DNA from: Blastocystis sp. Blastoise
Lineage: Eukaryota; Protista; Bigyra: Opalinata
Reading direction: 5' to 3'
Assembly: GCA_039096225.1 (NCBI GenBank)
Contig: JBBPEB010000014.1
Location: 248,001-312,000, forward strand
DNA: 64,000 nt
In this document: piece by piece, positions 35,718 through 51,365 of the stretch
Numbering within the stretch: the stretch's first letter is position 1
Layout of the letters: each line of letters starts with the position of its first letter
The notes under the pieces: model-generated
Database searches by the model: none
Seen by the model: the letters and a program-made list of their open reading frames with translations, nothing else
Told to the model about the DNA's origin: nothing
Program-made: the position numbers and the translations under genes

Positions 35718-37352
35718 ATGAAGACTCCCTTCACTAATGCTCGTACCGTAAGTACTTATTATCACAATAAGTTTTTATCTATCTTTTCCTCCTAGTTTGG
35801 TAGAAAGATTGCTGATGATCCCAGCTCCTTTACTCTTCAAGGTCTTTGTTGTGCCGTCCACACTGCTTTGAATGATGATATGACTCTTAACTTATCTCTC
35901 ATTGCTACTCAAGCTAAACAACTTGTTGCTGAAAAGTGTACTGGTGTTTTCGTCTGTGGTACTGCTGGTGAATCTTTAGCCCTTAATATTACTGAACGTA
36001 AATCTGTATGTTTCTTTTTTTCTTATTATATTTATTGTTTTATGTTGTACGTATAGTAATTAATGGAAACTTTTTAATTTTATATCAATATTTTTTATAG
36101 CTCATCGACGAATGGGTTAAACAAGGTCATGCTAATGGTCTCTGTGTTATCATTCACATTGGTGATGAAGTTTTAACTAACGCTCAAGAACTCTGCAAAT
36201 ATGCTTATGAAAAAGGAGTTGATGCCGTGGCTCTTGTTCCCCCACGTTTCTTTGCTCCTCCTTGTCTTGATAACCTTGTTGATTGGGTTGCTAGAGTTGC
36301 CAGTGCTGCTCCTGAATTACCTGTCTATTATTATCACTTAGATGTCATCAACTATACTCCTTATCCTATGAATAAATTCTTAGAAATCTGTAGTAAACGT
36401 ATTCCTAATCTTTGTGGTATGAAATTCACTGATTATAACAGTTTTGTTCTTGGTCTTTGCTTAGAAGTCGAAGACTATAAATATAATGTACTCATGGGTA
36501 GAGAAGATGTATATATATAGCTTTTTTATTTATTATTATTTTGTTTTTTATTTTATTTTATTTATTTTATTTTATTTATTTTATTTTATTTATTTTATTT
36601 TATTTATTATATTTTATTTATTATATTTTTTATTATAGTTGTTATTATTTTATTTTATATATTCTATTTTTTATTATATACTATGTTATACTCTATAGGC
36701 TATGCTTGCTGCTGTTGCTACTGGTTGTGTTGGTTTCGTTGGTGCTTCTTTCTCTCTTGTTGGTAAGAACTTTTCTGAATTATTAGATGCTTGGGCTGCT
36801 AATGATCTTGAAACTGCTCGTCTTCACATGAAGAGAGGTAGAGACTTCTCCAAGATTTTGTATATATCATTTATATTCTATTTCATCTTCCTTTGTTATA
36901 TATATTATTATTAAACTATAAACTACTCTATATATATTTCGTTTAGATTCCAATCTGGTAATAAATATATGGAAGGTGCTAGTAACATCACTATTGATAA
37001 GGCTATTTGGACTCTTATTGGCTACAACTATGGTCCCGATAGAATTCTTAGAAAGAAGATGACTCCTGAAAAACTTGCTCTCTTAAAGAATGATCTTGAA
37101 GCTATTGGTTTCTGGGATTGGTCCAGTTTCAAGTGTACCTATGAATTCCCTAAGTGTGAATGTGGTTGTGGTAAGACCATTGATCAATGTGATTGCCCTG
37201 CTTCTTGCGGTTGTGCCTGTGCTCGTGCTTGTGCTTCTTCTGGTTGCCCTTGTTGTAAAGAATGTAAATGTGAAAACTGTACTTGTCCTAAGGGAAACAA
37301 GAAGTGTTGTGAGCAAGAACATCACCATGCTAAGCGTTGCCACAAGGAATAA
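35718..37352 (+). CDS. DHDPS/N-acetylneuraminate lyase family aldolase with a C-terminal Cys-rich metallothionein-like tail (5 exons)
   Basis: GVFVCGTAGE, YYYH and GMKFT (Schiff-base Lys) motifs; the last ~72 aa contain 20 Cys in CxC/CC motifs. Confidence 0.88.
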
Positions 37353-37576
37353 ATCATTTATTTCTTATACTTAACTATAATTGCATATCTAGTTGTGAAA
37401 TAATTATTCTTTCTATTTAAAATAAAAAGCAATACTGATTTCACAAATTGTCACTTTTACATTTTATTTTGTCATGTTTTGTTGTTTCTTTCGTTCCTAA
37501 TCAATGAATTAGATCAGTTTTATTGCATAAATTTTTCAGTTATATATAAAACTCATAATAAGTTTATTCTTTGAAA

Positions 37577-40500
37577 TAGAGACTTAGAATTTCATTCCTG
37601 CGAGGAATTCTGAGTTATGTTTGCTCAGTTATGGTTTTTTTTTTTTTTTTTCTATCTCACACATGGTTTTTTTTCAACTCATACATGGTTTTTTTGTTGT
37701 TTTTTTAAATATTTTGTTGATTATTTTTGAGACGAAGGACTCAGGTGAATTTAAGCAACTATAGAATTATTTTAATAACCATTCTGTAATACACTCAAAT
37801 AAAAACGTTTCTATCTAAAGATTTTTTTGTGGCAAAATGGAATCCAACATTATCTTATAAACTTATGATTAAGCATTTCAATGACTGTAGAATCAATTGA
37901 ATATTATGAAAGTACCTCAAAATCATTTATTTAGCAAAACTATTTTTAGAATTGTGTTAATTCTTGTTCTTTAAACTTTAAAATATTTCAAATGCCATTT
38001 ATTTGGATGACTATGATGTAACGTATCTAAATATGATTTTAAAATAATTTGATATTTAACTGTTATGAGAAACGGTGAGAATAAAGTCATATTTGTTGTT
38101 TTTTTTTAAATGATACAAAATATATGTTCCAGATATCGTGAATATATAAATTAATAATATATATGTTTATCAACGTTTGTAAAGACTATAATACATATTT
38201 TTTCGCTGAAAAAACAATTTGTTTTTTATTGAACAATATATATACAAAAATGTCTTTAATATATATATGATTATTGATATAAATGTCAACTCTTCTAAAT
38301 CTATACTCAATAATGACATTAATATATATAAAATGATATCTATTCATCAAATACTGTATTTATATCACAAAAATAATACTTTATGCCTTATATAGAGTTC
38401 AAGAGTGATATACTTATATATATGTTGAATTATATTAACAAAAAAAAATTTGTTTATTGAGTTAACAAATATTTATTATTTTATATTTTTAACAAAAATG
38501 AAGTAATTAGACTTCTTTTTATTAATATATAATACTTGTTCATACTTGTTTGAGTTTTTTTAATTTAGAATAATTATTATTATATCATATATTAACTTTT
38601 TATATATAGCAACTAAGAACAAGTATTAATAAATATGTATATTAATATTGTAATTAATATCATCTTTTAAATATAATAATATATTATATAGATACGTATA
38701 ACTTTAGCAAGAAGTTTATTATTATAATACAAACAAAAAAACTCCAAAAAAAAAAGAATATATATATTATTATGTGAAACTGTGAAAAAAAAATATTTTT
38801 TAATTTTTTAAAATAAATAATCAGATTATATCTTTATCTAATAATTTATAAATATTTAAAAAATGTTGATAATGTACACTTAGATATATGCTAATGAAAA
38901 ATGGTGTATATTTATATATGTTTTTGGAAACAGCATAAAAAAATTAAAATTTTAAAAAATTAAAAATAATAAAAAACTCTAAAATATATATCTATATTTT
39001 ATTTTCGTTTTACTTTTTTTATATGTCCAAATTTGTTTAATTATTACTGCTATGACAATATAGGATGCTATTTTATCAGTTTCATACCTGACTAGTCGAT
39101 AGTTTGATATTTTCTGTAACTATTTTAATAGATATATTTATTTTTTATATTAAATTTTATATATCATGATATTTACACTCAAAACTTTTAAAAATATCTC
39201 ACATATGTTGTAAACTGTGTAACAGATGGAAATAATTTATATTATCAAAAAAATAAAAATAATAAAGCAGTTATAAACAATTATAATTTTCTATTTCTTA
39301 ATTTATATTATTAAATACGAACTGGATATTAATATTTTTTTACATATTTTTATGTATTATATCTCAATCAAGGTATCTCCATATAAAAAAATGGTTTTTA
39401 TACCTTAAATGTAATTAATTTCCAAAATGATTACAACAAATTTTCTACCTTAAGTTGATAATTTGTTTCAAAATTGTATTTTTCGTAGCCTCACTTGTAT
39501 GTGTTCTACTATGATATCATCAATCTCTTGATATATACGAATTAAGTGACAAATCTAAGTGTTGTTCATTAACTGTTTTCTATATAAATTTTTTTTTTTA
39601 ACTTATTAATAATGTCAAACATGTCTTAAGCATAAAAATTATTTTTATAAATATTATATAAATATATATCTTGTAATATAAGACTTTTTCTTTTTTTTAA
39701 CCCCAAAAAAAACCATGTATGAGTTGAAAAAAAACCATGTGTGAGATAGTTTTGGAAAATGGTTAAACATAACTGATGCTTTATTATGTTAAAAACTGAT
39801 TAAATATTGTATTTTTTGCATATACATGATAGAGCAACTAAATTGTAATATATGAATCAAGATATAAGCTTCTTCCAGATAAATATTGGTACTCAATTGG
39901 AAAGATTATTATTTTTTTAATATTGTTTATAGAAAAAAAACTCTAGCTATAATATATACGTATATATTGTCTTGCTATTACTTTCTATAGTGAGTATTAT
40001 TAAGAAACAAACATGATTCTCCATCAAAACTAGATTCATGATGTATAAATCAATAATCATGATGAACTGGTGTATACAACGATTTGTAGTATTCATTTAT
40101 GATTCAAAGAACATTATAAGAGAATATGCAACCATTAGAAAACTAAATGGAGTATTATTTGTGTAATACATAGTTAAATTTATTTCAATTATTATATCAA
40201 GTCCAGTTATGTTTAAAAAATAATTAACAGTAACTCATGTAATGAGAAAAAGAAACTAAAGACAATTGGGATTGTTTGGAATTATTCTTTTTTTCTTTTA
40301 TTATCATTTTATATATTATATATTGCTTTTATTTATCATCATTATGTCTTAACTTTATCAATTATATATATAAATATTATTAAAACAATGCTACTTTTTT
40401 TTGTAATTGATTTCGTCTAATCATTCGTCAATGACTAGCATACACCGTCACCAATTTATACTAGATCATAGTGTATGATGTAAAAAACATATTTGAAGTG

Positions 40501-40616
40501 CTTACAATGCGTAATACTCAATTAAACAACCCAGTTATGTGAAAAACGTATAGTTATGGGGTTTTTCAAAATACTGTGTTCCAGTTATGGTTCCCCAGGG
40601 AAATTTGAAGTCTCTA
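37577..40616. mobile_element. Non-autonomous hAT-like element / foldback remnant, about 3 kb
   Basis: Imperfect 17-bp TIRs TAGAGACTTAGAATTTC / GAAATTTGAAGTCTCTA; repeated CAGTTATG subterminal motifs; internal ~45-bp inverted repeat (37652-37695 / 39705-39749). No ORF and no clear TSD. Confidence 0.6.
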
Positions 40617-40653
40617 AAAAAAGATAACTCAACATTTATAAATACTTCTAATA

Positions 40654-41323
40654 ATGGATTATTTTATCGAGCCTGAAACTCAACAAGTCGATTCTAAAAC
40701 ATATATTGATTTTACAAGAAACAAATTGAGTAAAGCTGCTATTTTTCCTGGTCTTTCATTAAAATTTGATGGTAAGGTATGTGTTTAAATACATATATAT
40801 TTTAAAATATTACTATATAATTGATTTATAAAGGCAATCGTCCGTGAAGGTACTGTTATTCGAGGAGATCAAGGCAAATGTAATATAGGACTTCATACAA
40901 CGTTAGAAAAAGATGTTGTAATCAAACCTCCACTCTATATTCAACCCAAGTATTTGCATTTTCTTACTATTTGTTTGTCGTAGAGAAAATAAATGAATGT
41001 TTCTATGGTTTTAACTAATATCTAATATATATATATAGTGGAAGACCTTGTTTTAATTTATTTCGAATTGGTAAGTATTCTTATGTAGGAGACAATTCAT
41101 TGATAGAAGCTAAATATATTGGTGATTGTGTATATATTGGTAAGAATTGCTCTATTGTATGTATTTGTCTTTATTTATAGTATAAATATATATTATTATA
41201 TACTACAATAATTTTAATAAAGGGACCTCGTGTGATTATTCGTGATTGTGTATATATCGAAGATAATACTGTAATTCCTGCCGATTCTTCTATAGCTCCT
41301 TTTTCTCATATTGCTGGAACACC

Positions 41324-41370
<47 letters not shown>

Positions 41371-41509
41371 ATTTTTTTTTAATTAATTTGATCGTTATTA
41401 TACTATATATTTAGCTACATTCATTGGTGAAGTTCCTGAAACTTTTGCTATCACACAACGTCTCTTTGCTGAAGAACAATATAATAGACTTCAAAGCTCT
41501 TCTGAATAA
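40654..41509 (+). CDS. DCTN5: Dynactin subunit 5 (p25) (5 exons)
   Basis: GKAIV..GTVIRGD, VIKPP, IG....[23 protein letters not shown] and PFS...G.PA left-handed beta-helix pattern. Confidence 0.88.
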
Positions 41510-41670
41510 TTTAATTTATTATGATCTATTTCTTTTTGTTTTGTGTTATCTCTCTCTGTTGGGTATTCATTTTTACACCCCCTTTCTTTCAAGATCGACG
41601 ATTATCCGTGTTTATATTAACATATGTTGATGAAGAGATTTTATTCCCGTTTTGTTACAATAATTTTTGG

Positions 41671-43151
41671 TAGAGATGGGCGAAATCTATCGAGTTTCAC
41701 TTGTATCAAAATGTTTTTTTAGGGATGGGTACATGCAATTTCTTTAAAAAAAAATATTTGAAAAATTTTAAATTCTTGTTCCAAATAGCCAGGACATGTT
41801 TTATAAATAGTTTTAATATATTTTTACATTCATTATATTATTTCTTACACTTCTAGTATAACATTTTGATAATTGGACATAATAATTGGTCAACATTTAC
41901 TTTAGTAGTATTCTATTAGAAATTAAAACATCATTATTATTATATCAGACTTGTGCTTACCAATGTAAGATATATAATAAAGGATTATACATATGGCTAA
42001 TTTGAATAGCTTCCTATGTTTTATGTATTCCATGCTATATTCTACCGTTATTGATCATAAATGATTTTTAATGTGGAAAAAGATAATAAACTACAAATAT
42101 AATCTTATCAAATGACACTTAAATGGAACAGTTTTCCATTTAGAGAACAAATATAACTCAAAATAAGACGATCATATGTAGTAGAACAAAATAATATATA
42201 TATATTTTAATGTAATTAAAAAAAATGGATTTGTAGTAATTTTATTTAGTGATTTCTCGTATAAAGAATATCTCAATTTGTCTTGTATATCTAAAAAATT
42301 GTCTTTTAATTTCTATTACTTGAAAGTAAGATGCTATTTTTAAATAAATATTCATTTCCATTATGATCATCGTTCTAATCGTTCTTATTGCTTAAAGGTG
42401 ATGTTTTTGCGTATATTTATTTATTTGTTTGTTAACAAAAGATAATTTGAATAATTTGTTAATATATTATTCTATACAATCTACATGTAATTGTACTCAC
42501 AACCAGAAAAATTGTTTTATGATTCCAGACTGTGACATTACCATGTTAATATTTTAAAAAATATACTAAAAATAATCTACTTGCTTTAAATACCACGTTT
42601 AATAAGAAAAATAATTAAATTCTATGCGATAACGAAATATTATATTTTTATTATAGAAAGTTTTATTATTTTATGATATAAAGTGGCTTAATAGTTTCAA
42701 TGTAGTTGTCACAACATTTCATGATATGTTTTTTGTGGTATCTCACTAGAATGACATGTAATTGAAGAATAACAATTTATCTTAAATATTTTTTTAGGAT
42801 TTAATATACATTATTGTGGTTATCTACAATATTTACATTTATATCATCAATTAAATCATCAATATTCAACGTTGTTCTGATTTACCAATTGTAATTCTGA
42901 ATATCGTTAAGACTAACTTATTTTTTTAGATTCATTCACTTCAAATAGGCTACGTATGACATATAAAAGACATTCTTCTTTATATCATATCTGCAACATA
43001 CTCATGAGATAATATCTATCATATCCCAAAAACCACTTTTTTTTCCCGTGAATATTTATAAAAATTTGTAGCTACTTTTGGGTATCTACTTTCAGCTACA
43101 AGGCAGCTACTTGTAGCTGCCCAAACTTGTAGCTACTTTCGCCCATCCCTA
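41671..43151. mobile_element. Non-autonomous hAT (Ac-like TIR) element, about 1.5 kb
   Basis: TIRs TAGAGATGGGCGAAA / TTTCGCCCATCCCTA (14/15 match); second TAGGGATGGG at 41720; clustered GTAGCT/AGCTAC subterminal repeats at 43068-43136. No 8-bp TSD seen. Confidence 0.65.
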
Positions 43152-43231
43152 AATAAAAACCATTACACTTCAAGAAATTGTTTCTATTCGTTAAACTAGA
43201 TATATAATCAGATTATTTTAGAGAAGAGACA

Positions 43232-45416
<2,185 letters not shown>

Positions 45417-45772
45417 TTCTCTGAATATTTTTTTCTTTTTATTTTAATTTATTTGTATTCCTGATTTTTGATTTTAATTTTTTCATAAATATATATATAA
45501 CATTGCGGGTTCTTTTCCATTTATTTTTGTTTGTAATTACTAATCATATTTTTCTCTTCTTTATATTCATCATATTTGTTTTGTTCTTGTCTCCTATCAT
45601 TATTCAACTTGAACACCATACTTTTCTATTTAAAATAAACGAAAATAAAACCCTATTATTAGAAAACTCTTTTAGTACAGTCAGAAAAAATTTTGTTTTT
45701 CATCATTATCACAATATCCTTTCCATTATTGGAATATACTATTTAATATTTGAGGTTGTTTGATAAGAAGAC

Positions 45773-46816
45773 ATGATTATTCCGTTACCTGTCATTGAAT
45801 CTTGTTTAAATGAATTGAGGTTTCCTAATACAACTCGATTAATGAAAGATATTAAAGAATTACATTCAAGTCAAATTATTATTATGACAAATTTTAAAAA
45901 GTGTATTTCTTTTTTTAGTTTCAATATATAAATAAAATCTTATTTGCTATTCAATAACTTTTAGTCAAATCAGAAGATGCTGAAATTGCTCTATTATCTG
46001 TAAATGTTCAAGTGAATAAAGATAATGAAGCTATAAAAGTCCCTCTTCAAGTATATATCGGTAAACGATATCCTGAAAAACCTCCTCTCGTTAAGATGAT
46101 ACCATTTGAAGGTATGCTATTCTATTACTTTCTTGCCTCCACTATTATTCAGGTTCTACTATCCTTGATACTCCAAATAGAGATCACAAATATTATATTT
46201 CTGATATATTGCGTTTTTGGAATCCTGTATATAAAGAACTCTATATATATATATGTTTTAAAGAATATATATATTTGTTTTTATTTGTATATATATATAT
46301 ATATATATATATAGAATACTACGTTACTGTTACTTTTCTTTGATATCATTAAGACTTTTAATCATCTTTTTCCTTATGCATATATTCGCACGTATACTTT
46401 TATTACTCTATATATATGTTATATATATGTAATATGTATGTAATATATATTTCTATAGGGTCAAAGAGCGAAGTAATTCATTTATTGTTATATTATTATT
46501 TATTGTTATTTATTGTTATATTATTATTTATTATTATTTATTGTTATTTATTGTTATATTATTATTTATTGTTATATTATTATTTATTGTTATTTATTGT
46601 TATATTATTATTTATTGTTATTTATTGTTATATTATTATTTATTGTTATTATTTATTATTCATTATTATTGTTTATTATTATATTGTTATTTATTATTAT
46701 TTATTATTATTAATTGTTATATATTATATAGTAGCGTCACTTCAGTGTATTCCTTTCTCAGAACTAAATATTCAGGAAAATATCGGCAAAGGAGGCTACT
46801 CCACTGTCTATAAAGC

Positions 46817-46883
<67 letters not shown>

Positions 46884-46959
46884 AACCTGTGTATATATAA
46901 TTTCTTCCTTCGTCACCTTCTATTATACATATAAGCATATACTTCCCCTCTTTCATCCA

Positions 46960-47026
<67 letters not shown>

Positions 47027-47086
47027 AATACCATAATACAGATGTGGCGATCAAATGGATGCAGCACCCTGATTATGCGCTTAATA

Positions 47087-47147
<61 letters not shown>

Positions 47148-47372
47148 TACTCTAACTATTTATATATATATAGTCAGTTCAAATCCACGTGCTCTGCGTG
47201 AAATACGGTTCTATTTGTGTCTCTCTGGATCTCCTTATATTTGTCAACTCTATGGATACTGTAATTACTGTGATTATCCTATGTATATCATGCAATATGC
47301 AGAACATGGAGATTTATTTAGTTATATTCATAATAAAGATATTAAGTATATATACCTATTTGACATTTTATT

Positions 47373-47412
<40 letters not shown>

Positions 47413-48419
47413 TCTCCATAGTTTCTCTTCATTATTATTTCTATGTTTAGTATTTCACTTCAAAAGATGAAATCCATCAGTTTGGAATGTGCTTTTGCCC
47501 TCAAACATTTACATAGTCTCCATATTATTCACGGGGATATTAAATCACAAAATTATTTATTAACATCAAATTATAGTTGTATATTATGTGATTTCGGTAA
47601 TGTTACTGTAGATCCCTCAATTCCCGGAATACAATCTCTCTCATCCCCCAAAGGTAATGTGTCTGTAACTGCTACTAGTCCTTCAGCGATATACCCCCCG
47701 TCCTCTAATAACACATCAAGTCCAACGGTATGTGAAGAAGATTATACTATTATACATCAATACTGCAAAAGTATACATAATAAACAACGCATCATAGGAA
47801 CTGTAGGCTGGTATAAAATATATTATATTAATATTTATATATATTTAGTATATATATTTTATTAAGAATAGTATTTATATATTATATACATATATAATAT
47901 ATAATGCATATATTATATACATAATAAAAATAACATCTTCTTTATTAATTTCCCTTTCTTTCTCTATAATATATCTATTATACATATATATATAAATAGG
48001 ATTGCACCAGAATTACTAAATGGTTGTCCATTCTCTCTGAGTTCTGATATATATGCCTTCGGCGTCGTTCTCTATGAAATATTCACCAGACAAACACCCT
48101 ATTGCGAAATTGGACCTCTTCAAGAAATCATCCAAAATAATCAATTACTTTTTTTATCATTCTTATTTCTATATATTTTTTTTATTTGTTATATAATACA
48201 ATATATATAGTTACTTGCTAAAGTAAAGAATAATCAAATTCAACCTCAAATACCTTCTTCATTACCTAATGGTATATTGATATAATCATACATAATATTT
48301 TAAATATTAATATAGAAATCTCAACATTGCTCCATAAATGTTGGTCTCTCCCTTCTAATAGACCTTCTATAAATGAAGTTATTAATACACTTCAATCATG
48401 GAATCCTTATCAAAATTAA
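45773..48419 (+). CDS. TKL-group protein kinase with an N-terminal UEV (TSG101/Vps23-like) domain
   Basis: [18 protein letters not shown]...LRFWNP UEV-like region; [39 protein letters not shown] and CW...RP kinase motifs. Confidence 0.82.
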
Positions 48420-48636
48420 TTTCATATATTATATATATATTTATAATAGTCATAGTTTGTTAATTTAATAATGAAACTAAAATTTGTTGTGTTTAAAATG
48501 TCATTAAGATGTGAAATGAACAAAAGAAAATAATTAAAACAAACAAGAATAATGATGTATAAAAAGTATAATGAAGCTAATTAATAATACATAAGGACTT
48601 TGTAAACATATCAATTTATCCTAAATTTCATTAAGC

Positions 48637-51365
48637 TTAGAGTCTATCTAAGAAACGAGCAAGAGGAGGAATTTCAGGTTCAAGACCCTTACGAATTCTA
48701 ATACCCTTAATAATTTCAGCAGATTTAGTTCCTTCAGTTAAAGGATCACCACCTTGGAAGGTAGCCCAATGAGAGAAGACACATTGAGGGAAAGCTTTAC
48801 CACCAGTGTTAGCACGAAGATCAGTAGAGAATCCGAAAGATTCAGCGACAGGTAAGTAAGCTTTGATTTGCATCATAGGAGTACCAACTTGATCGTTTTC
48901 TTCGAAAACTTGACCACGTCTCTTGGTAAGAACGTTGTAGATACCACCAGATTCAGTTCTAGGAACTTGAATTTCACAAAGGAAAATAGGTTCAACAAGA
49001 AGAGGAGCACCAGTAAGAAGACAAGCAGAGACAACTCTACGAGTAGGAGGCATAATTTGACCCATACCTCTGTGAATGGAATCGGCGTGAAGGGTGACAT
49101 CTAATAATTTACAGTAAAGACCTCTAATAGGTTCATCAGCAAGAGGACCAGCTAAACAGACAGCACCAAAACCAGAAACAACAGATTCCTTGATTTCATT
49201 AAGATATTGGACACCATGGGTAGCATCAACAAGCATGTTAGGACCATTACCATCGGGAGCGAAACACCAGATCTTACGAAGTTCTTCAACATCAAGACCA
49301 TAGGTAGTGTTAAGATAACGGGCTCTTTCTCTTTCTTCTTGTTGAGGATTGACTTTCTTATCTTCAATTTCTTCAGGAAGACCTTCAGGAAGAGGAGAAG
49401 CTCTCATGTAAAGACGATTATGCTTATTGGGAGATTTAGCAAGACAATCTTCAGAATCCTTAGTAACAGTTTCTCTGAAAGCGACGACAGGAGGAGAAAT
49501 CTTAATAGGAGTTCCCTTCATGAAATCATCTTGAAGATCCTTTAAGCAAATTTCAAGGTGAAGTTCACCAGCACCAGCAATAATATGTTCACCAGTTTCA
49601 GTATGAGAAATGACGACCATGGGATCGGATTTAGAAAGTCTCTTAAGACCTTCAACTAAACGAGGAAGATCACCAGGGTTCTTGGTTTCGACAGCAACAC
49701 GGACGACAGGGGAGACGGAGAATTTCATCATCTTAAGGACGTGAGCTTCTTCAGAATCAGTAATGGTAGCTTGCTTAAGAATGTATTGATCGACACCAAC
49801 TAAAGCAGCAGTGTTACCACAAGGAATATCAGCGACTTGTTCGACAGTTCTACCCATCATAATAACGGTACGTTGAATAGCCTTAACAGTGACATCGTTC
49901 TTAGAACCAGGGACATAAGCAGGTCCAAGAATTCTGACCTTTTGACCAGAAGCGACAACACCAGAGAAGACACGACCGAAAGCATAGAAACGAGATTGAT
50001 CGGAAGTGGGAACCATCTTAGAAATGTACATCATAAGGGGACCCTTAGGATCACAGTTCTTCATAGCAGTACAGACGGCATCATCAGAGGGACCATCATA
50101 AAGGAAACTAGCTCTGTATTGTTGAGCCTTAAGAGGAGAAGGAAGGTGGACGACAATCATTTCTAAACAAGCATCAGCAGCAGGTAACCACTTTTGCATA
50201 ACTCTCTTAAGAAGATCCTTACCAGTGAAATCCTTTTCTTCACCAACAAGCTTAAGACCAATAACATCAAATAATTTGTTGTATTTTTCGACCTTATCTT
50301 CAATAATAGCACGGAACATATTGTAAATAGGTTCAAGACAGAATTGGACAAAAGCTCTCTTAAGAGGTTTCTTACCAAGAGCCTTACGTTCTTCCTTCTT
50401 ATTGTTGTGGACCCATTTCTTGTTATCGGGATCATAGAAGTTATCACCCCAAAGTCTTTCCATCATCTTTTCATAAGGAGTACCTAACTTTTGAGAGTAC
50501 ATACGAGCGAACTTAGAAAGAGTGAAAGCCCATTGTTGAAGACCAGAACCAAAAGCAACAGTACCTTTGTTAGGATAAACTTGAACATCACCAATAGTTT
50601 CATCGTGATAAGTAGCGATAATAACGTTGACAGTTTCAACAGTTTGAGCAAACTTAGTGTAAGCTTCTTCAGGATCAAGTTGAAGTTCAAGAATGACACG
50701 ATCTAACTTGTTACACATAAGAACGGGTCTAATTCTTTCACCAAGAGCTTGACGAAGGACAGTTTCGGTTTGGACACAAACACCACCGACGGAATCGACA
50801 ACGACTAAAGCACCATCAGTAACACGAAGGGCAGCAGTAACTTCAGAGGAGAAATCGACATGTCCGGGGGAATCGATAAGGTTAATAAGGAAAGAGTGTT
50901 GATTAATGACAACTTCTTGTTCTTGAGCATTTTCAACGGGAGCAGGTTCTTCTAACTTACCAGCAGCTCTGGCAGTTTCTTGGGCAAGAAGTTCATCAGG
51001 GTTATATTCGAAATATAAGGTAATACCAGTGGACTTAATGGTAATACAACGTTCTTGTTCATCAGCACGAGTATCGGTGAAACGAGCATCACCAGCAGCC
51101 TTCTTAGAAATAATACCGGCCTTTTGGACGAAGCAATCGGTTAAAGTAGATTTACCGTGATCGACGTGAGCAATAACAGACAAGTTACGAATGTTATCAC
51201 GCATATCTATTTATACATTAGAGACAATAAGAAATAAGAAATATACCCATCATTTGACGGATTTGTTCGACAGTGAAGTTGACCTACATAATAAAAAGAA
51301 TAATAAACGTTATAATCATCTCATATTAATATAATAGCTATGTTATAATTTAAAATATATACCAT
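48637..51365 (-). CDS. EEF2: Eukaryotic translation elongation factor 2 (first coding exon is ATG only; two short 5' introns)
   Basis: M|[12 protein letters not shown]|D start; [13 protein letters not shown] and NKLD GTPase motifs; diphthamide loop HADSIHRG. Confidence 0.99.

Noticed and set aside
37577-43151. Single composite transposon carrying DCTN5
   Set aside because: The outer ends belong to different TIR sequences and share no target-site duplication.
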